This document shows, one piece after another, positions 50,706-63,411 of a DNA stretch of 64,000 nucleotides (within the stretch, counting starts at the first letter, position 1; each line of letters starts with the position of its first letter). The position numbers and the translations under genes were made by a program. Source of the stretch: Takakia lepidozioides (taxonomy: Eukaryota > Plantae > Bryophyta); NCBI GenBank assembly GCA_030704615.1, contig CM060734.1, positions 1,798,001 to 1,862,000 of the forward strand, read 5' to 3'. Below the pieces are notes generated by a model that was not told the origin of the DNA, made no database searches, and saw nothing but the letters and a program-made list of their open reading frames with translations.

Positions 50706-53287
50706 CTTCAAAGCAAATATTTTCGCCTTCACGATCACAGTCCAGCCATAGCACCAAATAGTCACATCCACGTGCTTCTTGTTGCAGATGCTTACACACA
50801 TGGGCCTGCCTTCATGCCCATATGTTAAGAGGAAGCAAGTATTCACTCATTATTTCCCAAATATCATTTACATTGGGAAGCCAACTCTGCTGCTGGCATC
50901 CAATTCATTAACTCCATCTCATCTAGCCTTTCTTTAGTGATGATAGAACTGATGACACGTGGCTTGAAGCAAATGGTGTCCCCTGATTAATCACAGGATT
51001 GAATGGTTGTATCTTTTCCAGCCAAGATTCACTACAAATATTACACAGAGAAATGTAGACAGCAGATTCAAACAATAAAGGGTAACTTTAGTGCAAAACT
51101 TATCTACCTATCTATCTGGAAATTCCTTATTTGACAAGTGACTTCATGGCCTGCAGTGACTCTTCTATTTTGAAACAAGAAAAGCTGATGGTACAATAAA
51201 AATGATACAAATCCAGTGGCCCATACCTTTGGGTTCGCCTCAGATTTGATAGTGGGTGCATCAAAGAGCTCAAAGGGGTCAGTGGTGTCCCAGCTCTGGT
51301 ACTTAGGAGGAAAATCAATACTGTCATGGAGGCAGCAAACAAAAATCACCCCTGCTCTGACGTAAAACATGGTGAGGCATAAATATTGTAAGACTTAATT
51401 ATCATGCAGATATCAGAATCCAACAGGAGAAAGGGAGGTGGAGATGACCTGTTGCACACTAACAGTGATTAGTTGCTATGGTAGAACAGTAGAGCAGCAA
51501 CCAACGAGTTGTTTGTGTCTGCCTCCCTAATCACTTGGTGCATGAAAGGACCCTAAAGTAGACATACACCCTCACTTAGGAGCTCAAAGGGAATGTGACC
51601 AATGCTGGCAACCTGGAGAGGGTTACGTCTGTACAATGAAGGATGGTAACAACCTGAGTGCAGCAGATCCTTTACAAAATAGTCTACACATTGAGTCATC
51701 TCTGATTGCCAGCTGCTTGCAAACTGCGAGTTATCAAGGGAACGAGCTCTTTATGCGATCTCTCTTGTAATAATGACCTTGGGAAGTAGAGAACTGTCAG
51801 ACTCCAATTCTCAAATTCTTTAGGGTATTCAAACTCTTTGTTTGAGCTGCTGGTGACCTCCATTGGGGTGCCACCCTTGCAGTCATGAGCTTAATTTTGC
51901 ACATGCCTTGAACACCCCAGGTTTTGGGCTTGGGTATCACATGTCGTGAACACTGACGGCTTTGTATAGAATAATAGTTCCATAGCTCTGAGGTTTGAAG
52001 TCCAGAGAAGCTGTAGGCACCTCAGAACATGCCCAATAAGTGAAGTGACTTTGTAGCGCACAGCAACCCCTCTGAAGGTCCCATCGAACTCATGCACCTC
52101 CAAGTATGATCTCCTGGAATTCATAAGTTTCCATCTCCGTGTCAGGCAGACATTTAATCACACAATGTGAGGGTTGAAATCTGCCGATTTAAGAGCTGGA
52201 GTTAAATTTACACTTGGCATCAAATTGAATAAATAAGATGAGTTGTCTTCAACTTTGATTCATATAGACTTTTGCAAATTCAGCCAAAACAGAAGCCTTC
52301 CAAAATAAACTTGATTCCATAGCAATGAAATGATTTTAGTAATCACCCCACATGTCGAGTGTTTGCTCCTATGTGCTCTCTGCAGTGTGTTGTACGGGAG
52401 AGATTAACTCTTGTAACTGTCTTGCTTCTATAATCTACTCTTTGACATGGTACTGAAAGACCATGCTTGGACGTACATGTAGAGGCTACAAAGTTGAAAA
52501 GTCAAGGTCTTTCGAAATCAGGGTTTAGGGGTTAGCTCTTTAGCTCTTCGTCCAGAGCATGGCAATCTCCCTTCATGTGATTTGACCACATTACTCCGTC
52601 ATGAAAAAATACTGCAAGACCCTTATCAAGCTTCAAACAAAAGGCGACAGCCCATGACTCTAAATGTCATCCTCATTGCATTTCGGTCACCGAATCAATA
52701 GAGGTGGTCCAAAATGCATTCAACTGCGTGCAAGAATGGGGAGGACAAAAAGGTTTAGATGAAAGCTACACGTCCAGCCGAAAGGATCGACGCAATTGAT
52801 GATCCAATGCTCGGCTTCTCAGCCACCTAGATTCCAAAAACACACAAAGAATTAGGTGTTTGGTACTCAATCGCGTCCAAGTCACCAACTGACTTGCACA
52901 CTTATAAATTGACCAATGTTTATTGCAAACATGTCTAGGTTGAAGGTAGTCCGTTCCTCGCATCTCAGGAGTCAGAAGCAGGTTTTGAAATGTTATGTGG
53001 AACTATCGTGCCTCAATCTACTTGTCACTCCTCTGTAAGATGCAATCCTTTTCCGAATGCGGAAAGTCTAACTTCAACCCATTCTTTTCTCTTCAAACAA
53101 ACGAAGGGGAGGAAGAACGTATTTCTAAGAGAACAAGGGACCTTAAACGAACCACATGTCAGTCACCAATATGAACATTTGAGTAACCTGAGAAGATTAA
53201 GTTGGGAGACTATGAAGTTTCAATTGCTGCTGTCCACAGAGTAAGATCTCGTAGAGGAAAAGATACCATTAAGACGGAGGGCGCCAT
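50706..53287 (-). pseudogene. TOP3B: DNA topoisomerase III beta, first five exons only (Toprim domain)
   Basis: Exons 53267-53287 (MAPSVLM), 52770-52826 (VAEKPSIGSSIASILSAGR), 52021-52124 (MNSRRSYLEVHEFDG..VTSLIGHVL), 51227-51320 (IDFPPKYQSW..DAP..NPK), 50706-50805 ([24 protein letters not shown]). GT/AG sites are present except that exon 3 lacks an in-phase AG; no later exons seen. Confidence 0.88.
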
Positions 53288-56200
53288 GGGCGCAAGACAC
53301 ACACTTCGACAGAGCTCAGTGATCTATCGGATCGCACAAACACCATGAAATATATCAGTGAGGATTTGAGAATGCAGTGAAGGCGGCCATAGCTTGGAGG
53401 ACCAGAGAACGAGCTTAGACACAGAGCGACTGGTCCTGGGTTCAACCCACACCTGCCTTTGTTGAAGCGTGGTTGCCGATGGGTTGAAATAGATCCGGCA
53501 GTAAATCAGGACCCAAGGAGATCGGCAGCGTGCCTTGTCTCAACCTAGGTTCGATTGGGCGAGACAGTTATTGCATACTAGTAACAGTCATGTCGGCAGA
53601 GCTCTGCCCAGTTTGGGTCCTGGAATGGAGAGGGAGAAGGGGAGAAAGAGCCCCAAAAAACAGCACATGGCGTTGGAGAGGTGGAACAAATTGGAGAAGA
53701 GGTTGAGGGAGATCGTGTCGATTGGGGCCCCAAAAAAGTTGGTGGGGAATCAGGGGAAGAATGTAGAGAAGTTCGGTAACCGAAGGCGGGTTCAATCTGG
53801 AGAGAAGTCGGTGGAGCTGGAGAGGAAATTGGCCGAGAAATATAGGAGGCTTTTGTCAACAAAGTTTGAGGCTGAGATGGCCTCCCAGATCACAGAATTG
53901 ACAGCTCAAGAGTACCTGCATTGCGGTATGGAAATGAGATCGAAAAGTATGATGTTAGAAAACCTCCGAGGGCGATATCGGTTACTGGAAGTGGGTCCAT
54001 CTCAACGCTTTTCATTTTAGATCTGCCTAACAAGATTCCTGAGATCTCTGTCACAGTGTCGAATTGCATCACACGTGTCTGGATTCTTCTTAGCAATCTG
54101 AAACTGGCATTAATTCCAATTTCAAGGCAAAGCTCTTAGCCTTTCTCGTGAATTTCCATAAGGTCAACAGATGTTGCAGCATTTGCAATCTGAAGATGTA
54201 CTAACATCATTACTTGCCATGCAGTTTCGGTCAAGCCAGCGTTTCCAAAGAAAGACCGCTCTAGAGAGGCAGAATGGGATTGGAGTAAGGTTAACAGATA
54301 CGGCACAAGGTACAAAGGAGCATACGATGCCACTACTTTTTGAAACCCAAAGGGCTCCAAAGGGCAAACCCCAAGTAATTTCAAGCAGAGCAGAGTGGCT
54401 CAGAGACTCAGACAGGCAGATTAAATATATGGCATAATCACATCATGCTGTGGCACCATTCCATCTCTGGTTTGTGCTCTGGTAGTCCAAAGGCTGGTAC
54501 CAATCAACTGAACTGTTTCAGATTACCCCAAAAACTACCTCAAGCAACATGACAAGATAGATCCAAGCCAAATTTACACTCCAGCTTTTTTCCTGCATTT
54601 CAGCAGAAGTGCTTGTACAGGATTACAATGGCTTTAATTTGTTACCAAATAAATAAACATGGTTACTAGCACAACACCATTTCCCCCCTCCTTTTTGACA
54701 TATCGAAGTCCTAAACTCATTGTTTGCAAACCATGCGAAACCAGGTATGAATGATGAGGAAGCAAAATAAAGTTGCAGTCAAACCTTGGCAAAAGGTGGA
54801 GGGCTGGGGTCAGATGATGAGGTACTCAATAGACTTTTCTTGCTGCACATTCCCCGTCCTTCATCTACAGAATAGAAAAGTTCGAGTGGAGGGAGAGGCA
54901 TGCAACGAAAGCAACAGGGCAATTAACTTTTCAGGGGCTTGCTGCATTAGACACACCCCCCAGAACTTCAGATCACACAAGGTCCCTGGTCCCTGGTCTT
55001 TCACAATGCCCAAAAAGAGGGCACAGTGGTAGTTTTATTATGCTTGCTAAGTGAGTGAGAAAATCACTCCACTGCAGTAGAGAGCAGGCCAGGAAGGGAG
55101 ACAAATGGCCAGACAGAGATGTGCATGTGTGTAAGTGCACAGTAACCCAGTCTCAAAATATACCAGCTTCTTAATTACAAGGGCTTCACAAATAAATTTC
55201 TCTCTCGATCTATACGGCTGTAACCTTCAACCGTCAATGGCTGGGAGGCACTGCATTGGATATGATGCCACAACTCTTTAGCAAAACAATGGGTACCTAA
55301 AACCACATGCACCTGCAGGGTCTAGATCTGCTTTTGAAAGTCGGAATCACATAGGGAGCGACACACAAGATATCGGGAAAACCTGTTACAGCATTCGCAG
55401 TTTTGAATGGAAGCATGCATATAATCTACCAAGATCTAACCCAGATCCTTCATGGTCTTGCTTTTCCGATTTCCTGACAGCTTCCTTCATCACTGAGGTA
55501 TCTCAAATTTCAAATTTCCTCACGAGTTCCTTCCTCATGATTAGTCCTTGGCCCAAAACTAGAAACTTCCACAGAAATGTATAACACTGAACACGGCAAG
55601 CTAGATTCATTCCAGTGCCAGTACATTTTCAGCAGTCTTGTTTAGCCTGGAGTTCTAAGGGACCAAAGAGCAAGACGCTCGGAAGGTATCACTGCAACAG
55701 AAGAATCCTTTAGTCCTCCCTCGTTGAAAATCTGAGTAATCGGTCCAATCTCGTCACCGACACAGGACCTCCGCTCCAAAGGCTCCTGTATTTCAGCCAA
55801 TATGAACTTGGAGCTGAGTGGAGAATGCCCCAGTGAGTATAGAAACCATGACATGAGAAATGGTAATTGGAGTGAAACTACATGCCCTTGGAGAGAACAC
55901 TGATGGCTTTATCATCTACCACTTTCCTTCGAAATATGACTAAACTCTTGGAGGAGGTGGGTCATACTGCCACAGGCAAAGAGAAACAACTCTTCACTTA
56001 CCACGTATGCCATCAAGTGAAACTTGACGCCTGATACTCATTGGTGAGTCGGGCACTTCTGGTGGGCGTCCATCCGATACCCTGGCAACAAAGCAGAGAC
56101 CCCACCGCAGCCAGAGTTGTTAGATTCCCTGCACAGTGCTCTTTTCTCTTCCCACTCCCCACCGTAAAAGCGATTCTGCCTTGCGACTATGTACCACCTC

Positions 56201-56464
56201 TAGGTGATGCTGGCACCATTCACAGTTCACTCCCTTACACCTGACTGGTTCATAAAGATAGCTTGCTCGGCTAGTACCTTTTAACCAGTGATATTGTGTG
56301 TGGGCCACTCTGCTTGTCCACCATTATAAAGATATGATAGGCTCAAGTTTGGCATCTGCAATTTTCCCTTGCAGTGGTGCTTGATAGCAGAATCAAAACC
56401 ATCGGTATTGTGGCTGGGCCCGACTCCAAGGCAGGAATTTGAGCCCCGAGAGAATGGGAATATT

Positions 56465-57632
56465 TTACCAAATCCGATTTCCTGTACACGTTTGGTCAAT
56501 TGACTGATTGACCACCAGAATCTTCATCAGCAAGTTGGCCTTGCGCTTGGCGCGCTCGCTGCCCACGGTGAGAAGGGAGCAGAGAGAGGCAACAACAACA
56601 TGATTGTGTTGCAAGATATGATTCACGACGTCATCTCCCCCAGTCTCACAAAGAGACAACAGCAAAGCTGTCGCATTCTCCTTAGCCCTTGGAGAACCCC
56701 CCTTAAGGACTTGAACTACGGCCAACAATGTGGATACTTGCATGATGGCCGCCACCCCATCAACAGAGTGTGCCAGCAGGGTTAGCACTGACAGAGCGTC
56801 CTCTGTGAAACCCTCAAACCTGCCATTGATGAGTGAACAAAGTAGAGGCACCGCCCCAGCCGCCACTAGCTTGGGTTTGTTTTCGGGGTGGAGGGCCAGG
56901 TGGAAGAGGACCTGTTTCACAATGAAGGAACGAGGCTATATGAAGTAATCATGAGGAATCATTAGAATAGGAAGTGTTAGGAATCAGCAGGATGATCTGC
57001 CATGGAGGAGGACATTGGAGAAGTTGTCTAAGAGATACTGTTCTATGCATTCTGGAGGTTTCCATAGGCCTAAAGACTGGTTGGAATAGGTCACTGACAG
57101 TAGGAATCAGTATAAAAAATCCGGGCTATTTCCACTGCGAAAGAGTCCAACTTCTGGGGGTTCGTACCTTGATTGCATCCTTCTTCCCGCGCAATTTACC
57201 CTCTCGAAGAAGCTCAAGGAGCGAGGCTATAGCTCCAGGTTGTCGCCCCACAACCACCCTATACTCTTCTACGATCAACAAGCTAAAAAGAGTTGCGGCT
57301 GCATTCTGTCTCGCTTCAGCAGTTAGACCTAATCTCAGTACCTGCAGAATACCATTGAGTGCTCCGGGGATCTCCATAATCACAAGCCGATTTCCGGGAA
57401 AAATCGACAGATTGAGCAATGTGGTGACCGCATTCTCCTGAACATTTTGTTCCTCCGATGACAGCAGGGGTATTAGTGCAGGTATAGCCCCTGCTTCTGC
57501 TATGAGTTGCCGAGTTTCCATATCACATTTTGCTAGTAACCTAAGGTCTATCACAGCTAATAACTTCTCCTCTAAGCAACCCAATTCAATCTTTGTGACT
57601 AGATCAACTATACTACTCTTCCTCTCCTCCAT
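56465..57632 (-). CDS. Armadillo-repeat protein (PUB-like ARM region, no U-box seen), two exons, 303 aa
   Basis: Exons 57168-57632 and 56465-56911 joined by a GT-AG intron in phase 0; motifs IAEAGAIPALIPLL..QENAVTTLLNLS, ARQNAAATLFSL, RGKKDA, GSPRAKENATALL, GSERAKRKA. Confidence 0.88.
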
Positions 57633-60600
57633 GAACCCAGAAGTAAAGCTCGGAGCGCCGCCGCCCCCACACCTTACCCTCCTCTCCGGTCACTCTTATC
57701 TAACTGTCATACCAAGCCTGAGAACTGCAGGTGGGTTGTTACTTTTGTTCTCGGAACGATCAGGGCCAAAACTGAAACCTCTATAGCTGACGATCAGACC
57801 GTCGCCAGTGCCGGAACAGCATCTCTCCCTCTTCTCCAACTTTGCTGTCACCACCTCTCCCTCTCCGTCCGTTTGTGCTGCTCGAGGGCGGTACGTCAGA
57901 CCCAACAACAGTCCTACATATCGCATCCGCGGAAGCAAGACAGGCTGCATTGAAGCCTAGGCCGAGAAAGACAGAAGCCCACCATTTCTCACACGTGCAT
58001 TCCCCACGTGTTGCGTGCGTAAGAAAGATAGAGGAAAAATGAAAGGACATCATCAGGTCCACGGGAAGCGACTCAATCAAGGAGCTCCTGGGACAAAGGA
58101 AAGGAGTAAACATGATACAAAAGAGAAGTGGGACCCCAGCAGGGTTGAGACGAACTCAATTTGGTTGACAGGCCTGAGACAACAGCGGACCAGCAGAAGC
58201 ATGCAGACGTCTGAGACTAGAAAAGGAAGCTTGAATTTGCCACCGAACAGACAAAGCTCGGTCTAGCAAAACATGTGGGATTTAACAGTTGCACAACAAA
58301 TACTCGCATCATGCCGTAGTGGGGCCCATCTGTTGCCCAGCCTGGTCAAGCACAAATTTGGGAAGTTGACTTTCTAATCTAAGCCTGGATGGAGTTGAGC
58401 TGGACATGTTGATCAGCTTCCTAGCCTACGGTATTCGTAGAAGACAGTTTGCAGGTGCGAGGTGCCCAAAGCCCCACCTGCTCAATTATGTAAGTAAATG
58501 CTCATCATCTCGTCCACGCGCAAAGTCCACCGGTTGGCTTCTTCAAAGAATTTACAGAGAGTACAGTGTACCGAACAGATCTGGAATTTGGAAGCAGCTT
58601 TCAGATCTACATACAATAACCATCACATCCCTCACCACCCGGGGCCAAGCTAGTTTGTACAACCTGCAAATTCAAAGCTTAGTTCCCCCTCACATCAGGT
58701 CTCTAGGAATATCCATGTATATATTTACAGAGATTCTTCGTGTTCGGTGTAAAGATCCGGCTTCCAACCGAAGATTAGGAACATATCCCATACTTGAATG
58801 AAATATATAATGGAGTGAAGTATACGAGTCATCTCTTTGTATCTCTCTCTCACAAGTCACTTGCCCGAGCTAGTCCAATCCCTTTGTCTTCCCAAGCGAT
58901 TTTTTTTCATAATCTCCGGGGGAACGAAACACTCCAACATCTTGAATACAGTATCCTTCTCAGCGCAAGACCAAATCGCAGCATGAAAATGAGTCAATGC
59001 AAGTATAAGAAATTCCAACACTCTAGGTCTTGGAACCACAAACGGTCTTGCGGGCACACGAATTGTAACCTTTCTCAAGTGGAACCTCTGTTTAAACAAC
59101 TTATACCCGTAGGAGGTGGCCGGTAGCACAGAAGTCCACTAACACTTAGGACCAGCAACATGCGTTTCTGCTTTCGGACAACACAAGTGGGTTGGGAGAC
59201 AGTGTTATGAACCATCGCATTAGTTTCTATTATGTGACCCAAAATAAAATTATTATCTGCAGACAGTATATCCTCTACCTCGGAATTGCTAGGACGCACT
59301 TGCGTTTTTTGGTCTAGGTTGCGTCTCTCTCCCTGGAATCAATATGTAATCAAAAGGATGTTCATGAAACAGCTTTGTGACACCGAAAATGACATGAGAC
59401 CAACTAGCTCCTTCATCCGGAGGAACTGAGTATAGTGTCAAGTTAAATAAGCACAGTGTGAAAACAGCTAGAATAAAACTAGTTATTTGTATTTAACACT
59501 TGGATTTAGGTCAAGTGTTAAATCAGGTGTCAAGTTTAGTTTGACACCTGGTCCGTCTTATCTTCACGAGAGCGGCAGTCGCGCGGCTCATCTTTCTCGA
59601 GTTGAGCCTGCGCGACCGAGCTCCTGCATGCGTTTAGATCTGAGTGTACTCATGATGGGAGTGTAGGTTGTTGTGGGGTGGAGTCCCCATAGCTTGGGGT
59701 GCCCCTGGCTCGACTACTATTTCTAAGAGTGATGGTTTGGTTTTCATGTTTTGTGTCAACAGTGTGTCCTTAGCTTTCTTATCACTCGAGAGAGATGAGC
59801 TGTCTAGTTTTCTAGTGCTAAGCTAGATATGATGTTTTTATTTTATTTTTAAGCACTATTATAATATAGCTTGGTCACAGGGAGCCTGCAGTCAGACTGG
59901 CTATGTGTGCCGAGTGGAGCAGTACAAGAAGGCGGAAACCATTTGAAGTGTTGCTGCAACAGTTCAAAGCCAACAATAATCAGCCTGGGAGACAAGGAGG
60001 CCTGCCGTGCTCAGTTTATGAGGGCACTCGTGCTGCAGCGCGAGAAAGACCATTGGTCGGAATCCCCCGTTTGGGCTGGCTGGGCTTGATTTATATTGGC
60101 GACTTGGAGGCGCTCCAGAGTTTCGTTGGCAGTGGGTGCTGAGCCGTTCAGGCTATTCGTGTGTGGCTTGAACCTTACCAGCCTGCCTAGCACCTGTGTG
60201 AGGGGGCTTGTTACACCACTGCCTGTATATACTGGGATTCTTGCAGGGCCTGGCTTGTACACGTTCATGATTTCAAACTCGTCCCGTGGTCTGCCAATAC
60301 TACCGTCTAGCTCTCAGTTCGATCATATTCCGTCGGAAGACATTGACCGTGATGACACTTACAATCATAGTCAGGAAAGCATCCGTTGGGAGGATAACCG
60401 GGGGGTGTAAGTGGATCTCTCAGCCTTTGCGAAGGTAGACTGCGCTGCATGGTTGGTCGCTAATACAAATTTGGCTTCAGACTGCTGCTTCCGTTGGGAT
60501 TGAGGCTCCTGGACTCTAACCAGAGGAGCCTCAACGGGAAACGGATCAGGAAAGTGCAAAGGTAGTAGAGTCGTCGTTTTAACTTCCTGGGGTTGTGCAT

Positions 60601-60854
60601 GTCCCTTGTGGAGACGCTGGCAGAATTGAAACTTAACACACAAGCTAGGTTCAAGCGGGTACGTGCCTGTGAGCAGTGCTGCGGGGCCCTTATGCCGAGT
60701 TATTCACGCTGGTGGTGTTCCTACTAGTAGGGAGTTATTCTAGCTAACTTCGAGCTATAATGCCTCAGTCCCGTCATGCTCATTATGTCTATCATAGTGC
60801 ACCGTGGCCTTACGATGTCACAGGAAGACAAATCTAGCTGATAACCCTGGACCT

Positions 60855-61100
60855 CGCAAAGTTCTCACACCCTACCAGGAGTGGAACAAAGAAAGTGCTC
60901 GAGAGATCCCCATTGAGAAATTGAAGGTTATCGGTTCCTTGGACAACTGGGCGCAAGAGAATTTGCTACCCCTTTTGAAGCCCGTAGACAAGTGCTGGCA
61001 ACCCCAGGACTTCCTTCCTGAAGCTTCATCGGAAAAGTTTCTTTGATGAGGTAACGGAGCTCCGAGCCGGGCCAGGGAACTGCCTGATGACTATGTGATG
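60855..61100 (+). pseudogene. Captured fragment of a stearoyl-ACP desaturase (SAD/FAB2 family)
   Basis: [59 protein letters not shown] matches the family signature [19 protein letters not shown]...E.PDDY. Confidence 0.88.
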
Positions 61101-63411
61101 TGGCGTTACAGAGAGGCCAGATACTGGGCCCACTTTGGTACCCTTGGGTAATTGATAAGGTGATAGGAGCTGACCTTCTCGCCCATCAGTCTTGTAGCAG
61201 GGAAGAAGGGCTGAAGGAACTCGTCATGCTAATGGCCAATGCTCCAAGTGTGTGGAAATCAGACCAGTTGCAGATCACACAGATTACTCAACTGCACGAT
61301 TTTGGAGGAACAAATGACCTACAGATACGGCACACAAAAGGTCACATCAACAGATCAAGGCTGAGAGTGGATTAAGTGTGAGTTTCGGAGATATATGAGC
61401 GATTCAGGAGGAAACAAGAGCAGTCGGCCCCATACTGGTCACAGAGCAACGGACGGATTGGATGCGTGATCAATCATTGAAGTCAAGCATCAAAGTAATC
61501 AGTGGAAGAAAGGGTGGAGAGTGTAATAGAGACCTCAAGACATGGTCTGGCAGTCGAGTTGAAGTGCAGGCTGCCGTAATCTCCCTCCATGCGAGCTGGA
61601 ACTTACGGGAAACGACCTGAGAGTCAGCAATGATAAGTATGTGGGACGGACACCTGAACAAATGCAGCTGAGGGATGACGAAGCGGCAACGCGGTCCATC
61701 ATGGAGGAGAAGCCGATCGGAGTTCAACAAATCGAGCTGCTCCATGGTAATGGCGAGGCGACCCCAAAACAACAGAGAACTACATGAACATGTTCGGAAC
61801 CTGTAGATAACCTGGGAACAGTTTTTAATGGTGAGAACGTTTTGGTGTTAAAAAAAAAAAAAAAAAAAAAAAAAACTTTTGATCTAATTAAATGATTTAG
61901 AGCCTGGTTGGTCATATCTTTGTCAAATGAACTCCGTTTGACTCAGTTTTTGAGGGGATAGCTGCAGAAAGGGGAAATCTACCTACCTAGACCTGGTTTT
62001 TGTTTTTGGGACTCTGCTAAAAATTCTATGGAATTTTTAGAGTGTGAGTGTGCCATGAAAGATCCACAATCCTGTTTCTAGAACCTGTTCTGGTCTATAT
62101 GAGAGACAAATCTGGGGATGTACTCCTTGTATGGCTGGGGGAAATGAGGACGTAATTGAAGGGCAGGTCTCTTCTCTTAGCCTGTGCACCACAAGGGGAC
62201 AAGATTTATGTTTCCCAAGGAACTCAGACTGATTTGAGTGGAGAACAGTTGGACGAGTTGATTGCATACTGGGAGTCAGGCATTAGCAGTAGACAACAAA
62301 CTGCTGTAGTTGGCGTTGAGGGCCTCAATATCGCCTTGGACAGTCAGAACTCTGTTGGAGCCAGCAGTTCTGCAGCTGTAGGTGAAATACCAAAGTGGGT
62401 GAAAGCTAGGCTTGGAACACAGCCAAAGACAGCCCGGGGACCAAGGTGTTCAGCCACAAGGCCGTGGTGTACTGGAGCAGAGGAGCAGGAGCTACACAAG
62501 TTTGTGCAATCAGACATGTTGCAGCCGGACACGCTCTGCACAAGGCAACCACGAGCGGGGGTTCATTAGCAATGACATGTTTGTTGTGCGTGAAGGAGAT
62601 GCAGTCATTCGCAATGAGGACACCCGCAACCGTCTCAAAGCTTTCGAGTTGAGAGACTATCAGACCCTACCTTTGTTTTCTTTAGTGTTCAGTGAGCGGG
62701 AGATAGGGGAGTATTGCTTTGTCTCTACCTGGCAGAAAGAGGAGGAGGGTTGGTTAGAGCGAGCTACTGTAGCTTGGGACAAGGTTAGTGGCAGGTTTCT
62801 GGACATAGATATACCTCCTACACCTTACCATCAAGCAGAGCGAGGCACTTTGAGAGAAGTCTGGAAGTTGATAGCATAGATCAGGATTAGATCTTGCTTG
62901 GGCGGGCTTCTATTCTTCCCCTCCATCTCTGTACTATTTTCATTACCTTGTACTTGTAGTTGCCAAAGCCTCTCTTGGTGGAGGCCAGTCAGTCCGGGGT
63001 TTTGGGCTGGGATATTCTGCAGGATCAGCATTGCAGCTGGATTTTGGTGTGGGGGTGTTGTTTTGATTTCTTGTGTTTGGATCCCCCCCAACACCTGCAT
63101 GCTTGACTGTGCGCCATGTTGGTTTTGTGTGGGCGCTTGCTTTCATAGGGATTAGGCCGGATTTGATCACCGGTCAATCCTAGAGTATGCTGTCGGTGGT
63201 GAGGCTGGAGTGATGACCAGCAAGACCACCAGTGTTTCTTCTATGGTGAGGCTGGGTTGATGACCAGCCAACCATAGGAGTTCTTGGTGGATGCAGGTGC
63301 AGGTGCCCTGAGCCATTGGGATATGACCCTTAAACTGCAACAGGTGCCCACCCGTGTCACTATTAGATTAGTACTAGAGCCTTATAGTGTCACGTGGAGG
63401 AGGTGCACATT

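Noticed and set aside
53535-54437. Charged ORFs divergent from TOP3B
   Set aside because: No recognisable homology or splice structure.
60500-60580. LHFPDPFPVEAPLVRV resembling a ubiquitin-conjugating-fold motif in the cargo slot
   Set aside because: Too short to support without a database search.
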